Assembly: GCF_018977255.1 (NCBI RefSeq)
Contig: NW_024705375.1
Location: 1-50,432 of the forward strand
Direction of reading: 5' to 3'
Source of the DNA: Callorhinchus milii
Lineage: Eukaryota
DNA: 50,432 nt
Shown piece after piece: positions 9,734 to 22,300 of this stretch. Under the pieces are notes generated by a model. The model worked only from the letters and a program-made list of their open reading frames with translations. It did not search any database and was not told the origin of the DNA. The first letter of the stretch is position 1. Every line of letters starts with the position of its first letter. Both the position numbers and the translations under genes were made by a program.

Positions 9734-12700
9734 CGGGGGGACTCTAAGGGATCCGCGTCGCTCGCTGACACAGTGGCGGAAATTGGCACGGAGGGTGGTC
9801 GCAGCCGCTACTGGGTCGTCGACCGTGCCGGGTTCGATACAGGGGGTCGACGTGCGGATTTTGGTAGATTCGGGCGCGTCCGCAACTATCATCTCGGACG
9901 TGATATTCCATCTCCTGTCCATTCCGCCGTCGCGGGTACGAACGGTTTACGATTCATGTGTTGCGGCGAACGGAGGGAGTATGGGCATCGTTGGTCAGGT
10001 GGAGGCGCGTATTTCGGTTGGGGGTGTGTCGGCTTCGGGGACGGTGTTAATCTCCAGGTCCCTCGCTGTGCCGTGTTTGTTGGGGACCGATTTCCTGGCA
10101 AAGATGCCCATTCAGATAAGGGTTGATCAGAATTGTATTGAGTTACCGGCGGGCCAGAAGATTTTCTTTTTGCCGTCGCCGTGGGGACAGTCCGCTCCGG
10201 ACCGTCAGGTGCAGGCGCTATCCGATGTTTCGGTCGACATTCCACCTGGCTCGCAGATGCTTATCCCACTGCGTTATCGGAAGCCCGTGCCTGGGGTCGA
10301 GGGGGCGGCGGGGGTGTTGTTGTCGCCGTCCAACGCGGTTACGGATGGCCTGGCGCTGGTCGCGGCACGAACGATTGTTCGGCCGGGTCAGCCTCCGTTT
10401 TTGCAAGTGTTGAATGGAGGCACGGACAATGTCGTCGTGCCGGCCGGAACGGTTTTGGCACATGCTACGACCGCCTTCACGGCCCATGACGATCCGGCCC
10501 ACCGGGGCCTCGTAGGGGGGTTTCGGCCTCGACGGCGCAGGACGATCGATGGATCGCCGGGTTGTGCCAAGAAAATGCGTCCTTGACTACGGACCAGCGG
10601 TCCGCGCTTCGCGCGCTGTTGGAGAAATATTCTGATGTCTTTAGTAAAGACGATTTCGATCTGGGACGCACCTCGTTGCTCTCCCACCATATTGATACCG
10701 GGGATGCTGCTCCCATTCGGATGAATCCACATCGGTTGAGCCCGGCGGAGAGGGATCATGTACGCGGCGCGGTGGATGATATGCTAGCCGCTGACATTAT
10801 CTCTCCGTCCAACAGCCCGTGGGGCGCTCCGGTGGTCCTGGTAAAGAAAAAGGATGGTAATTTACGGTTTTGTGTCGATTTTCGGAAGTTAAACAAGGTG
10901 TCGGTTGCGGACGCTTACCCCCTGCCGCGTATGGATGATTCCCTCGATGCCTTGTCTGGGGCGAAATTTTTTTCCACTCTTGACCTCTCTTCGGGGTTCT
11001 GGCAGCTCCCCCTGGACGAGTCCTCGAGGGAAAAGACGGCTTTCCGTACGCCGCAGGGCCTGTTTCAGTTTAATTGTCTTCCCATGGGGTTGAACGCCGC
11101 CCCTGCTATGTTCCAGAGGTTGATGGAACTCGTGTTGACCGGTCTGCAGTGGGACACGTGCTTGATATATTTGGATGATGTTATTGTGTTCAGCCGTACG
11201 TTTGAGGAGCATCTTCAGAGATTGGATGCTGTTTTTGCTAGGGTGCGTTCCGCCAATTTGAAATTTAAGCCCAAGAAGTGTCACCTTTTGCAATGATCCG
11301 TGCGCTATTTGGGCCACATAGTCAGCTCTGACGGTGTGGCCACGGACCCGGAGAAAACGGCGTGCGTCCGGGACTGGCCGATTCCGGCCGCGGTGGGGGA
11401 CGTGCGTCGTTTTGTTGGGTTCGCTTCCTATTATCGCAGGTTCGTTCCAAATTTTGCCACGATCGCTAGGCCGTTGCACCTCCTTACAGCAAAGAACCGG
11501 AGGTTCAGCTGGGGGCCGGCGGAGGAGGCGGCATTTCATGGCCTACGCGATCGCTTGGCGTCAGCGCCGACGCTGGACTACCCTGATTTCACTCTGCCTT
11601 TTATTCTGGATACCGACGCTAGTGACACGGGGATTGGGGCCGTCCTATCACAGTTTAAGGGTGGCGTCGAGCGCGTGGTGGCTTACGGGAGCCGCGTTTT
11701 ATCTCCGGCGGAGACCCGCTACTGCGTTACCCGCCGGGAACTCTTGGCTATAGTGGATTTTGTCCATCAATACTGGCCGTATTTGTATGGCCGCAAATTT
11801 ATTGTGCGCACGGACCACGCAGCTCTACAATATTCCCTGAAAGTTGACCAACCGTCTGGCCAATTGACGCGATGGTTGGAAACTTTGCAGGAATTTTCGT
11901 TTAAGATTCAATATCGTAAGGGGTCGCGTCACGCAAAGGCGGACGCGCTCTCCCGATTGCCGCAGGGATCCCCTGCGCCTGTGCCTCTGGCACGAATAGG
12001 TGCACGCGGGTTCCACAGCCCCTGTATCCTGTCGTGTCCGCTGTGGAGATGCCCGGGGCTTCCACGTGTCCGGAACCGGCCGACGGGGTTTTGAATTTGC
12101 CGCGTTCCGTGTGGATTCGAGAGCAATTGCTCGATGATTCGCTGGGGGCCTTACGGAGTCGGGCTGCAAAGGAGAGGGGATATCTGTCATCCAATGGGAC
12201 GCCGGGAGCGGCTCTCCGTGACGGCTTGTTGATGTGGAGGGAAGGCTTGCACGATCGCTGGCGTCTTGTTGTGCCGTCATCTTTGCGATATGAGTTGATT
12301 CGGATTCTGTACGCTGAGAAGTTGTTACATCTCGGGGTGCAGAAAACCTTGTTGACGTTACAGCGGGATTATTTTTGGCACGGCATGATGACTGATGTCG
12401 TCGGGCATATTCGGGCGTGCTCCGACTGTGCCCGGCGGAAGCCGCCTAAGCAACCGTATGTTCCCCCAGTGCAGTCGATACAAGTGTCGCGGGTTAACGA
12501 GTTTGTGGCGTTGGATATTTTGGGGCCCTTTCCCCCGTCCGCTTGGGGGAATCTGTTCGGATATGTGATGGACAAGGGGGCGCCGGAAAGGTTGCTTACA
12601 GACCAAGGGAGACATTTTTCTTCCAACCTATTGCGGGATGTGTGCGACGCACTGGGGACTAAGAAGGTTCGGACGTCTCCCTACCATCCACAAACTGATG

Positions 12701-13788
12701 GGATGGTTGAACGGTTGAACCGGACCCTGTCGGCCATGCTCTGTCATACGGTTAGCGAGAAGCAGGCCGATTGGGATTTGCATATCCCTGGGGTGCTCTC
12801 CGCTTACCGGATGGTGCCACATGCGTCAACAAGGTACTCACCCTTCTTTTTGATGTATGGCCGCGAGAATGTGCCGCAGGCGGAAGTGCAACTTGGCACG
12901 CGGGCGAGGGGTCTTGTTAAGCCCCTCCCCGAGTATATTCGTGACGCCGCTCGATGCGTGGCGGAGGCGCGGGAGGTGGCCCGATTGGCTACGGCCAGGA
13001 CCCAGGCCCGGAACGAACGTTGCGCCCTGCGCTCTCATTGTGGGTCCCCCTGGCGAGTGGGGGACATGGCCTGGCTCCACTGCCCACAGGTACCGGTGGG
13101 GACCTCCCCTAAGTTGCACAAACCCTGGCAGGGGCCGGTTGTGCTTATTGAGGTCCCTAGCCCGCAGTCCGCGCGCGTTCAGGTCGGAGTGCGGCGTTGG
13201 TACGTTCACACGTCCCGATTGAAACCCTACGTGGCCCCGCGAGTGTATGCGTCATCTCCTAACGTTGCCTTGCCGGTGTCTGTCACGTCCGATGCGCCAC
13301 TGACTTTGCCTGTTCAACCTGCAAGCGCGCCTGTCATGCCTCCTCTAGACGGGCCCGGCTGTGATCCTGCCGGACACGGGGATTCCTGCACCGGGTGGGC
13401 CTACCACGGCGACGGAGACATTTGGCCCCGCTGCCCCTCCAACCCCGCCGCGGTTGCAGTTGCAGAGGGCCCCGACTACGGACCTCTCTGGGGAACGGGG
13501 TGCTGGGACAGACAGGCCTCCACCAGCGGTGGATGGTTCCGGTTCCGCCGCTCCTTAAACCCTGTCAGGACTGCGACCTTTGAGGGCGCCGCCTCTCATG
13601 AAGGACGGGCCGGCGACCCGCACTCGTTCCAAATCCCTTCCCTTTCGTTAATTGGGTTGTTGTTATACTATCCGTTGTGCCTGGTGATTCCTGATTACGA
13701 TGCTGTCGCTCGCATTATTTTGTCCGATTGCAGCCGGGACGGCTGGCTTTTTCACCAGGGGGGGGGGGGTCATGTAATGCGAGCGTAA
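9480..13788 (+). pseudogene. pol: Disrupted NC-PR-RT-RH-IN polyprotein of copy B
   Basis: LVDSGASATII, CLIYLDDVIVF, LDTDASD, DILGP/TDQG/VERLNR spread over ORFs 9558-10586, 10562-11296, 11300-12094 and 12034-13788; TGA at 11294; frameshifts near 10520 and 11970. Confidence 0.93.
13757..13769 (+). promoter_or_regulatory. Polypurine tract of copy B
   Basis: A followed by a G12 run, 3 nt before the 3' LTR. Confidence 0.88.
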
Positions 13789-14365
13789 ATGGGGTTGTTG
13801 CTGGGCTCGGGTCCAATCACGCGGCCCGGGGTATTGGGGGGCGAGGTGAATGGAGGCGGAGCCAGCGGGGGAGAGAGAGATAGTATGGGAAGGCCGGATC
13901 TGAGGATCTGGAAGGGGAGGAGTCAGGGTCACGTGGGGGGAATGTATATAAGTGGGAGCTTGGAAGAGATCGGGGCAGTCGGGGAATCTAAGAGGCTGAG
14001 CCACGTTGGGTGGTGAGAGTGATCCGCGCCATCGGCCACGTAGCCGAAGGACCTCTGCACGCCGTCGTCCAGCGGTGTGCGGAGTGCGGGAATAGGGGAG
14101 TTAACGGGGGAGTGTGCGGGGCACGAGAGAGAGAGAGGGAGAGAGCGTACGCGGGGTGCACGCGAGACAGGACTGGTCCGGGAGAGGGAGAGAGAGCATA
14201 CGCGGGGTGCACGTGAGACAGGACTGGTCCGGGAGAGAGAGAGAGCGTGCACGGGGCGCACGCGAGACAGCACTGGTCAGAGAAAGAGGCCAGTGGGGGT
14301 GCGGAGAAGAACCTAAATAAAAGACGAATGGAGACCAGCATCGCCTGACAGAGTCATTTATTACA
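13773..14365 (+). repeat. 3' LTR of copy B
   Basis: TGTAATGCGAGC...TTTATTACA; TATATAA near 13945; AATAAA near 14317; three ~50-bp internal repeats at 14130-14280. Confidence 0.92.
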
Positions 14366-14556
14366 GTATGAAGAAAAATATTTTGCAGAATTATTCTTAA
14401 TATGAATTTGGAAAAAGGGGCATATATCAAACATATCCAAGATAAAGCCAGTGATTTGTGAGGCACAACAATCTCTTATCTGATTGGTCATGGAATGGCT
14501 ATATTTCTATTGAATATATTGGTTGTTTTTCTTCTTCTTCTAAACGTTATTACTAT

Positions 14557-15036
14557 TGTAGTGTAATAGCGCCGGCTGGTGGACAGCGGTGGCATCTGTG
14601 GTGGACAGACAGTACACATGCCGGTGAGGGTGTGCACGATGTGTTGGCAGAGAGGAGGAACTAGGGAAAGGGTCATGGAGGACCCCATCTGGAGGTCCCT
14701 GGAACCTGCTAGTGGGTTCGAGAAGAGAGGCGCGGTCAGGCAGAGCCAGGCCACGCTGGTAGCATAAAAGGAGCCGAGAGCGGGAGCTCGAGGCTGTCAG
14801 TTCTGGGAGTGTACTCGTCTCGTTGTTGCTATCGTCTCATCACCATTGTCGCTACCGTCTCCGCTAGATATTGCGTTACGAAGGATAGTAGTTGGCTATC
14901 TCAGTCAGTGCTCTCAGTGTTAGATGGCTAGTGTTGTGTACAGGTTAGACTAAGCTACTGTGGAGAGTGTGTGGACGAGACCGTGGAAGTTGTTAATAAA
15001 AAAGTGCCTCATAAACTCTGTCTTTGAATCACTACA
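14557..15036 (+). mobile_element. Solitary LTR of another family
   Basis: TGTAGTG...CACTACA inverted termini, CATAAAA near 14763, AATAAA at 14995-15000, homologous to 40566-41062; no matching TSD seen. Confidence 0.72.
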
Positions 15037-15115
15037 GATGCACAAATCCGACATAAGTGGAAATCATGCTGTCACATCTGGGGTGCAGTATTATAATAAT
15101 AATTAACTATGTATG

Positions 15116-15706
15116 TGTAGTGAGTTCAACTGAGTCGCAGACATACTCTTTGGAGGCAACACATTTATTAACACCAACACACATCGTAACTGCCTCTTAA
15201 CAGGAAAACAACCGTAACTAGTTACAACGGACCGGACCATAGCTTGGGTCCAGGTCCACGTGTTGGAGACTCTGTAGGACGTAGAATGTAGATTTCATCA
15301 GGATGAACAACAGTAGCCAGTCCCGCTGCTGGACCCGGCTTATATCCTCTGTGGCGTGGCTGGCTCTGCCCTTAGCCACGACCACCTTATATAATCCTCG
15401 AGCAGGATCTCGACCCTGACACATGACCACCCCTAGCCCCCACTTGGGGGTCCTGTGTCCTCTGGGGTCAACCAGAGTGCCATGGCCCTTAGTAACCCCA
15501 TTTCCATGGCCAGCACTCCCGCACCCTATCCTGTGGGGGCCGGCACGGCACGCAGAGCATGGTGTCATCCAGCACTGTCAGTCAGTGCTCACCGAGCCCC
15601 TCTAGGGCCGGTACTGCACCCACATCCAAGTGGTGACTGCGATGTCAATATATGGCACGCCGTGCCTCTCTAGCATTACACAGTGACATCCCGCGATGTC
15701 ACTACA
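15116..15706 (-). repeat. 3' LTR of copy C
   Basis: TGTAGTGA...TCACTACA 8-bp inverted termini; homologous to 48087-48851. Confidence 0.88.
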
Positions 15707-16285
15707 TCACCCCCCCCCCCTCTGTAGCACTCAGCCACCCCGGCTGTCAACTTCCCCTTTAACAACGAACAAAATTAAAAGAGTGAATAAAAACCCCAAT
15801 GTGTGCCTCAACAATAACAATTAACAAATAAATACCCCAACCCACATATGCAATATATACACTATCTACACATGTACAGTAACAGACGGGGAAAAGGGGG
15901 TGGAAGTACAAAACAACAAAGCAAGGAGAGATAGAGAGAGGAAAAAAATGCAGTAAAACGTGAATGCTCGGGTCCCCCTCCATCACCAACATCTCCCACC
16001 CTCACTGTGTAACAACACCCGCAAGCACAATGAAGGCTAGGTTCAGCCAATAACCGATACGGACTGCCGAGTGCCACAACCAACTGACGGTGTGGGAGCG
16101 TGTGTGTATGGGGATCACGGAAACCGAAGAGTCTTTGATCGAGTACTTGTGGCCGGGCCCCCAGAGGAGGTGGGCTCAATCTCCCTGGAGGTCCCGGGGG
16201 AATATGCAAATGTCCCATCGAACCCGGCTCCTCATGAAAAGCAGTCGGCCGGTAGGACGGGCTCTCCTCTCCCGAATCCAGTGGA
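15116..16285 (-). mobile_element. 3' end of Gypsy copy C (same family as D), cut by the N gap
   Basis: 15720-16255 is the reverse-complement homologue of ~47530-48085; C-run at 15710-15720 is the PPT; LTR adjacent. Confidence 0.88.
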
Positions 16286-16315
16286 NNNNNNNNNNNNNNN
16301 NNNNNNNNNNNNNNN
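16286..16315. other. Assembly gap (30 N)
   Basis: Run of N. Confidence 1.
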
Positions 16316-19300
16316 TAGGGGCGAGCTGGGTAGATTTATCGGCCCAGTGTCGGTGTGGTCGGCTAAAGCATCAATACTTGCGCCGTTTGAAGACAACCAG
16401 TCAACACCACTTATATAGAAGCAACGTCCCGTTTTGAACAGGCGGATGATCAGCACGGGTCATCGCGGGTCCAACTAGGCTCTTCCCCTGAAGCGGTCCC
16501 TCGACCCTTGTAGCTACTTCTCACGCGTTCAGCCGGCAACATTGACCGTACCATGCATAGCTCCTCGCTCCCTGGTAAGTCTGCGGCGACTTCTGCGTGG
16601 CTTTTCCAGTTGCAATGTTGCGATTTACGGAGCTACAGCGAGAGACCTTGATGGCAGAGAAAAATTTGCAAGGCGATGGGTCGATTAGGACCGGCCACTC
16701 ATCCTGAACGTGCCGCGAGCTGCCGTCGAACCTGCCCAGCCCGGCTTCTCCTAAACTTGGTGGGGTGGAGGAGCCGAAGACCGGGGAAAGACACTCACCA
16801 ACTACAGGACCGTAACAGCACAGGCCGGAGTTGCAATAATGTCACCACCTAATTAGCAGACCTGCTGCTACAGCTGACAACTCAGTCAGCTGGCGAGGGG
16901 TTCGTCGCTTGTGAAAAGTGTAGGGGCGATCGGAAGTTGACACTGTAATGCGCCTACGCATAAAGGCGGCTTTCGTTTATAATAGGCTTCAGTTCACTTG
17001 CAATTGAGTCATAGTTCACCCATTAATCCCAATCCAGCTGTCAACACAGCGAGTCACCGCAATTGCTCTTGGCGCTATTGGGCTAGTTATCCAAGGAGCT
17101 TCACCAGATGTTCTCGTTTGCTTCTGTACAGTTGCGACACTGCCATGTAAGATTGGCCGCATTGTCCAGTACGGGGCATGACTGTAAGTCACCCATATTC
17201 CCGTTTATGCAGAGTGCCAAGGTGCTAACCTATCTCTAAATTGGAAAACCCGAGACAAATAGCCACAGTGCACTATTCGTTTTAATGGACGCTGCAGCGG
17301 TTTGTATCGTATCTGGACTTTATATGATCCGCCGGTGGGACTTATAGAAATAAGGACGTTTCGAAAATTAGTCGTAATTTTCTAGCGCCTTATGAAAAGA
17401 ATCACGGGAGTCATTTGCTTAGAGTCCGTCTAAGGCCTACGATGGTTTTACCAGTTGTCTAATTAGATTTCGTCAAAGCATTGACCCCTACGCAGTAGCG
17501 CAACGAAAATCCTGGGTGGCTCACGTCAACAAAGCATAAGGAATCGCATGCACGGTACAGCAGAATTACACGCAGTCAGCGGTCCCTCTTTGTCAAGGAG
17601 TCAAAGCTGGGGGCTAGAAAGATGTGTGCGGCGCTTGGGTGCGTCGGGGCTCCTGTCCTTAGTGTCGTAGAGTATCCACGCAATGCCGGCGAAATAAGTC
17701 GGCTCTTAATGTCCCGACGGTGCCAAATTCATATCTAGCCTCAACAGTTGGGCACTGCGTGGTTCGCAAACAAACAAAACTTTACCTAGTAGTAGCATAT
17801 AACCTTGACAGTATGTGGACCGCCCACGAAGTGGTGAACTTGCCCGAAGCCACCCAATCTGTTTGCCAACAGCCGTGGGTTGTGTCATAGGCGGAAATTA
17901 TTCCTCTAGAGTGGCACATTCCTTGGCACATAATTCTCAATTACATGAGCAAAAGAGCTTCGATTCTGCCAATGTATGCGATTAGACGACGTCTATGTTT
18001 GCTTTCAACGCCTTCGAGCTGTCCCAAATAAACATCGGAGAAAGCCAAAGAGCATACAAACCTACCCTTTGTTCAGGTTTTGGGTATTTGAGCATAGACC
18101 GTTTCGTCATATCCACAGGCAAGCGCCAACACCGGGTGTCAGTAATAGAGACCCCTGAACGAGATGCTATCAATATGCGCAAGTGCGTATTGCCAGCCTT
18201 AGAACTAATTTGGTGGTAGATCAGATCTTTACAGCCCCAGACCGAGTAGGGTGACATACGGATATTGTGTATAACGGGATGATCAAGCGCCCTGAGCATC
18301 ATTATTCCAACCTGCCTGTCTGTTTCTGTTTACTTTGACAGATCGCATGCACATGCCATCAGATGCCGGACATTTGGAGAATGGGTAATTACCCGCCTGG
18401 GTATCTGTTTGACGAATTTGTACCGGGCACGGCGCTGATTTTTGCTTGATGATTAAAATCAACGTGGCGGTTGGATATTTGCTATGCCGATGTCAATTGA
18501 ACAACATCGGATACATTGAGACGATTGACAACGGGGGGGACTTAGTTCGAAAGGCCCTGAATGGCTCTCGAACATTTCACCTATAGAGTTCAGTCATGCT
18601 AGCGTTTGGGCATACTCCATCGGGCGAGGCACATAGTTTCTTCTGCCTAAAGTTTCCCTGCGATTGAAGAGAGGTGTCGTCACTATCGGCCTAGGCTTTG
18701 GGCTCGGATCCACCAGCTACCTCCTGGACACGGTGACAATTAGGGTGAACAGGTATGTCAAGTGATTGCGTTCCTTGACCAATTGGCTTGCCCGCTCTCT
18801 GTGACGTGACACTCGAACACAGGACACTTACCATCCGCGGCCTCGTACCGACCGTTAAGAAAGGTACGCTTTTCGGATAACGCGGAAGGCGGGAAATAAG
18901 GTGGCGAAACGTCGGGGGACGACCTATATCGGGAACACGAAGCCGATTTGACCGACTGGCACTGTCTGTCCATTGGGCGTTTCTCCGGAGCGCGAACCTT
19001 ATGACACCGAGTTTCCAACACTCATTCGACAGCCTAAAGAATACATCCCACTGGCATAACTTCTGTCCGAATAGCGTACGACCGAGACGGACATATCCGA
19101 AACGACCTTTACATGCCGGTGACCTGGCACGGTTCCATCCTTGTATAGCGCAGAGGGTGGCCACGTCTTATATAAGGCTGCCCCATATCCTCCGAATGGA
19201 ACGGGACAACAGCTTTCATGACGTAGATCGACGCCCCCATAAGGGAGGTCCATCACCATTCACACTCATTGTAAAAAGCAGATGGCGGGTTTATGAGAAA

Positions 19301-22300
19301 AGGGACAGGTTGCCACCGTGAGACTGAACGCGACGATGACCGCCGTAGGACAAACCGTTAGGACAGCGGGTGTGATTCAATATCAGATGTGGCTAAGGTA
19401 CATTGCTCGGCCTGGAAGACGCAGCCGCCTCGAGTCCAGAAAACAGAACGAACCATAAGGCGCGCTCTATTTACTCAAATACACAAGACAATTACTGTCG
19501 AGAAAGACACGTTTCTGTGGCAATCGTTCATAAGTTTCCTTAGTGCATTGCCGGTAACTGCATAGGAGGACAACACTGTTGTCAATCAAGAGCATGAGGG
19601 CAGGCGGGGAATTCAAATGCGAATTTCGTGCAATGATGGTTCTCACATCGCCTTGCCAGGATGGGCGGTCGGCATTGCTATTGACGGACCGTACTATTAG
19701 GCGATGTGTTAATGGCTCCTGAGACAGACACGGTGCGAACAGAAGCCTCTGTTCGGACAACACTCCGGGTGAGCACTCTGGATGTTGCCCGAGCAGGGCC
19801 CGTCTCGCGATCAGTCGCGGGGCGCGGTCTCTAACCGGGACGGGAACTACGCAGATCCTCACTAACACCGTTAGGACTACTTTCTCTTGCGAATGCCAAC
19901 CCTTGAGGATCGCGCTGGCGCGATTACGGGTAATAAGCGGCCCCCCGTCTCCCTTCCAGACTTTGAGTTGGAGGATCATAGTACTCGTAAAGGGGGCTCG
20001 CGCCTCTGTGCGAGGCGGAGTGCTGAAGAAAATGCCTGCCTCCACTTACCTTGTACCATACCTGTATGATATGTGTTAAACGATTACGGACAATGGGTAG
20101 GTTAGTCTTGGCGCATTGGCATTGCATGCAGGTCCTAGTCTAGATAACCGTCGGTTGTCTATGCAATGATCGTCGAAGGAAAGCTCACTTTGGGGCCCCA
20201 GCTTTCCATACGCATGCACTGATCTTTTGGAATATGGCAGGTCATCACCCAACTAAGACATACTCACGCCACCAGACGAGTTCGAATAGCTATTAGGCAC
20301 CAAAACGCCGTTAGTGGATGCCGACGACATGGACCCTCGAGTTATTCCTAGTTACTTCGGCTACATAGCCAAGTCGGAGATCGTTACGAAACAAGGTTTT
20401 TAAAGGGACCGCTACCGCGACCGAACTTGCACGAACCCATAATAGTGCACAGCGCGTAGTTAAGCAGTCCCCTTTATGTGGTGCAAGGTATCAAGGGATC
20501 CGATGACCTCATCTACGTTGGAGCAGTTCTATGCGTGTTCTTGGCTAAATGTTGACAGATAGAAGAACCATGATGCGGGTTCTCAATACTAGCCTACTAG
20601 AGCTGCAGACTCAACAGCTCAGATTGAGTTAAGTTACTTGGTAACAACGGGCCTGTAAACCTGAACGAGGATTCTTCGATGGATCACCGGACCAGGTGTC
20701 ACCTAGGGTGGATATACTCACAGGAATTCGGTCGTTTTGCTTGCTGCAGGCCTCGCTTAAATATTGTTTATAGGGTGTGTCTTAACTAAAGGAGGTTTAT
20801 ATCAGGTCATCAGTGAACGGAACCATACAACTGTGCATAAGGAAAGTAAATAAAGTGGCGACTGCGTTGCGCTTTATAGTAGGCAGTAGACCAGTATCGG
20901 GGGTATTATAGGGGACGTTATTTGAGTTAACCAATTTGGACAGCTTGGGCTGGAGACGATTGACTCCCCTCACTCACGAAAAGGGCGACACGAGATGAAG
21001 CTCACCAAGAAACGGATCAGTTTTCACGGACACTGGCAGCGAAGACGCTGGTTATTCGCTGAATGTACCCGCTACCCATTGTTGCAGCGTTTTCGCGCCC
21101 TGACCGCGTTCTCTTGCTCGAGGGCTGAGATGTTAGTGAGCAGGGTGCCGTTCGAAGCCCCTCATTCAACGAGGTAACGCTATACGAGCAGAGTCGAACA
21201 TTACGGAATCTAGTCGCCCGAACACTGTTTTCCCTTTACTGGTTACATGTATCCTCGCTCATGAGCGATCACGTACCTGATCCCGTATTCTACGGGCCTA
21301 ACCAGGTAAAAGCGGCGCGTGAACGTCCAACTAAGTAAGGCTCGTACCATCGCAATCCAGTAAGGTAAGACGGAGAATCCGAGGGTATGGTGGAGTGCGA
21401 ATCTCCACACCGGGTAACTTCGACGTTCAGTAAGATTAGAGGGGCAGCCCAACACATATGTGAATAAAGGCTTCTCTAAGATACGATCCCTACAGGATCG
21501 ATTGTCATCACGTCGTAGATATGAAGTCCCGATACGTTACGTTGCTTATTAAGCCTGCTTTTGACGAATTGGGAGCGGATAAGACAGCGTAGATAGAGGA
21601 ACCAAGCGCCGCGTGTCAGTAAAAGTCGACTATCAGACATACAGCAGGACTATCTCTCTCTAGCTATTTAAGAGAAAACTCTCTTGATATAAATGTGGTG
21701 CGACTCGCTGTTTTTCCCCGCTGACATTGATTTGTACATGAGTCTAGCACTGTGCTCATCCGTTACCGTTAGAAAAGGGGATGTAGCTAGCCGCCTTCAT
21801 GAAGAAACGGACCCTTATATTCTCGCGCAAAGCCACTCACGGAAGAGAACAACCTGGGTCGGTGCCCGTTCGAGGCGAGGGACCCGACCATGCCTCGAAG
21901 CTTCAGGGATGACAGATGTGTCCGTTAGTTTACACGCAGCTAGACAGGTGTTAGAGCTACAATGGAGGTTCCGTTGCGTCTATTGTATGTCTGGGTTATG
22001 ATAGACCGAAAAGGATCCGACGGCCTTTAACGAACACGCTATGCCGGCCGTGCATGCCTCCGCACGATTAATATTCAGATATTATGGTTGCAGGGAGCTA
22101 TGCTATTTGTCATGCTTCGATGGGGGTTCGTGGTACTAATAATTCCTATTAAAGAGCCGGGGGCGGAATGGAACACGCGTGAACGTCGTTTGCTCCTTCG
22201 TAAGAGGTAACCCACCACCAAGGTGGTTACACGCCATTAATAGATCGAGTTTGAATCTCTGGTGGGTGACGAGATCGGAGGTAAGGCACCTAGTGGGCTC

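Larger units (their letters stand above)
7674..14365 (+). mobile_element. Ty3/Gypsy LTR retrotransposon, copy B: structurally complete, coding-defective
   Basis: Two LTRs, PBS, gag, PR-RT-RH-IN and PPT; three frameshifts, one stop codon and an integrase deletion. Confidence 0.95.

Noticed and set aside
10515..10525. GGGTTTC as a programmed -1 slippery site in copy B
   Set aside because: The heptamer is out of register with the upstream frame (GGG TTT CGG) and copy A is continuous here; more likely a homopolymer deletion
13230..13770. env gene or endogenous retrovirus assignment
   Set aside because: No separate long ORF, signal peptide or furin site; too little space between IN and the PPT; RT and IN motifs are Gypsy-type
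98..13788. Long antisense and alternate-frame ORFs over gag/pol (e.g. 8260-9702 minus, 4575-5732 minus, 127-810 plus)
   Set aside because: Shadow ORFs expected in GC-rich, repetitive coding DNA; no independent motifs
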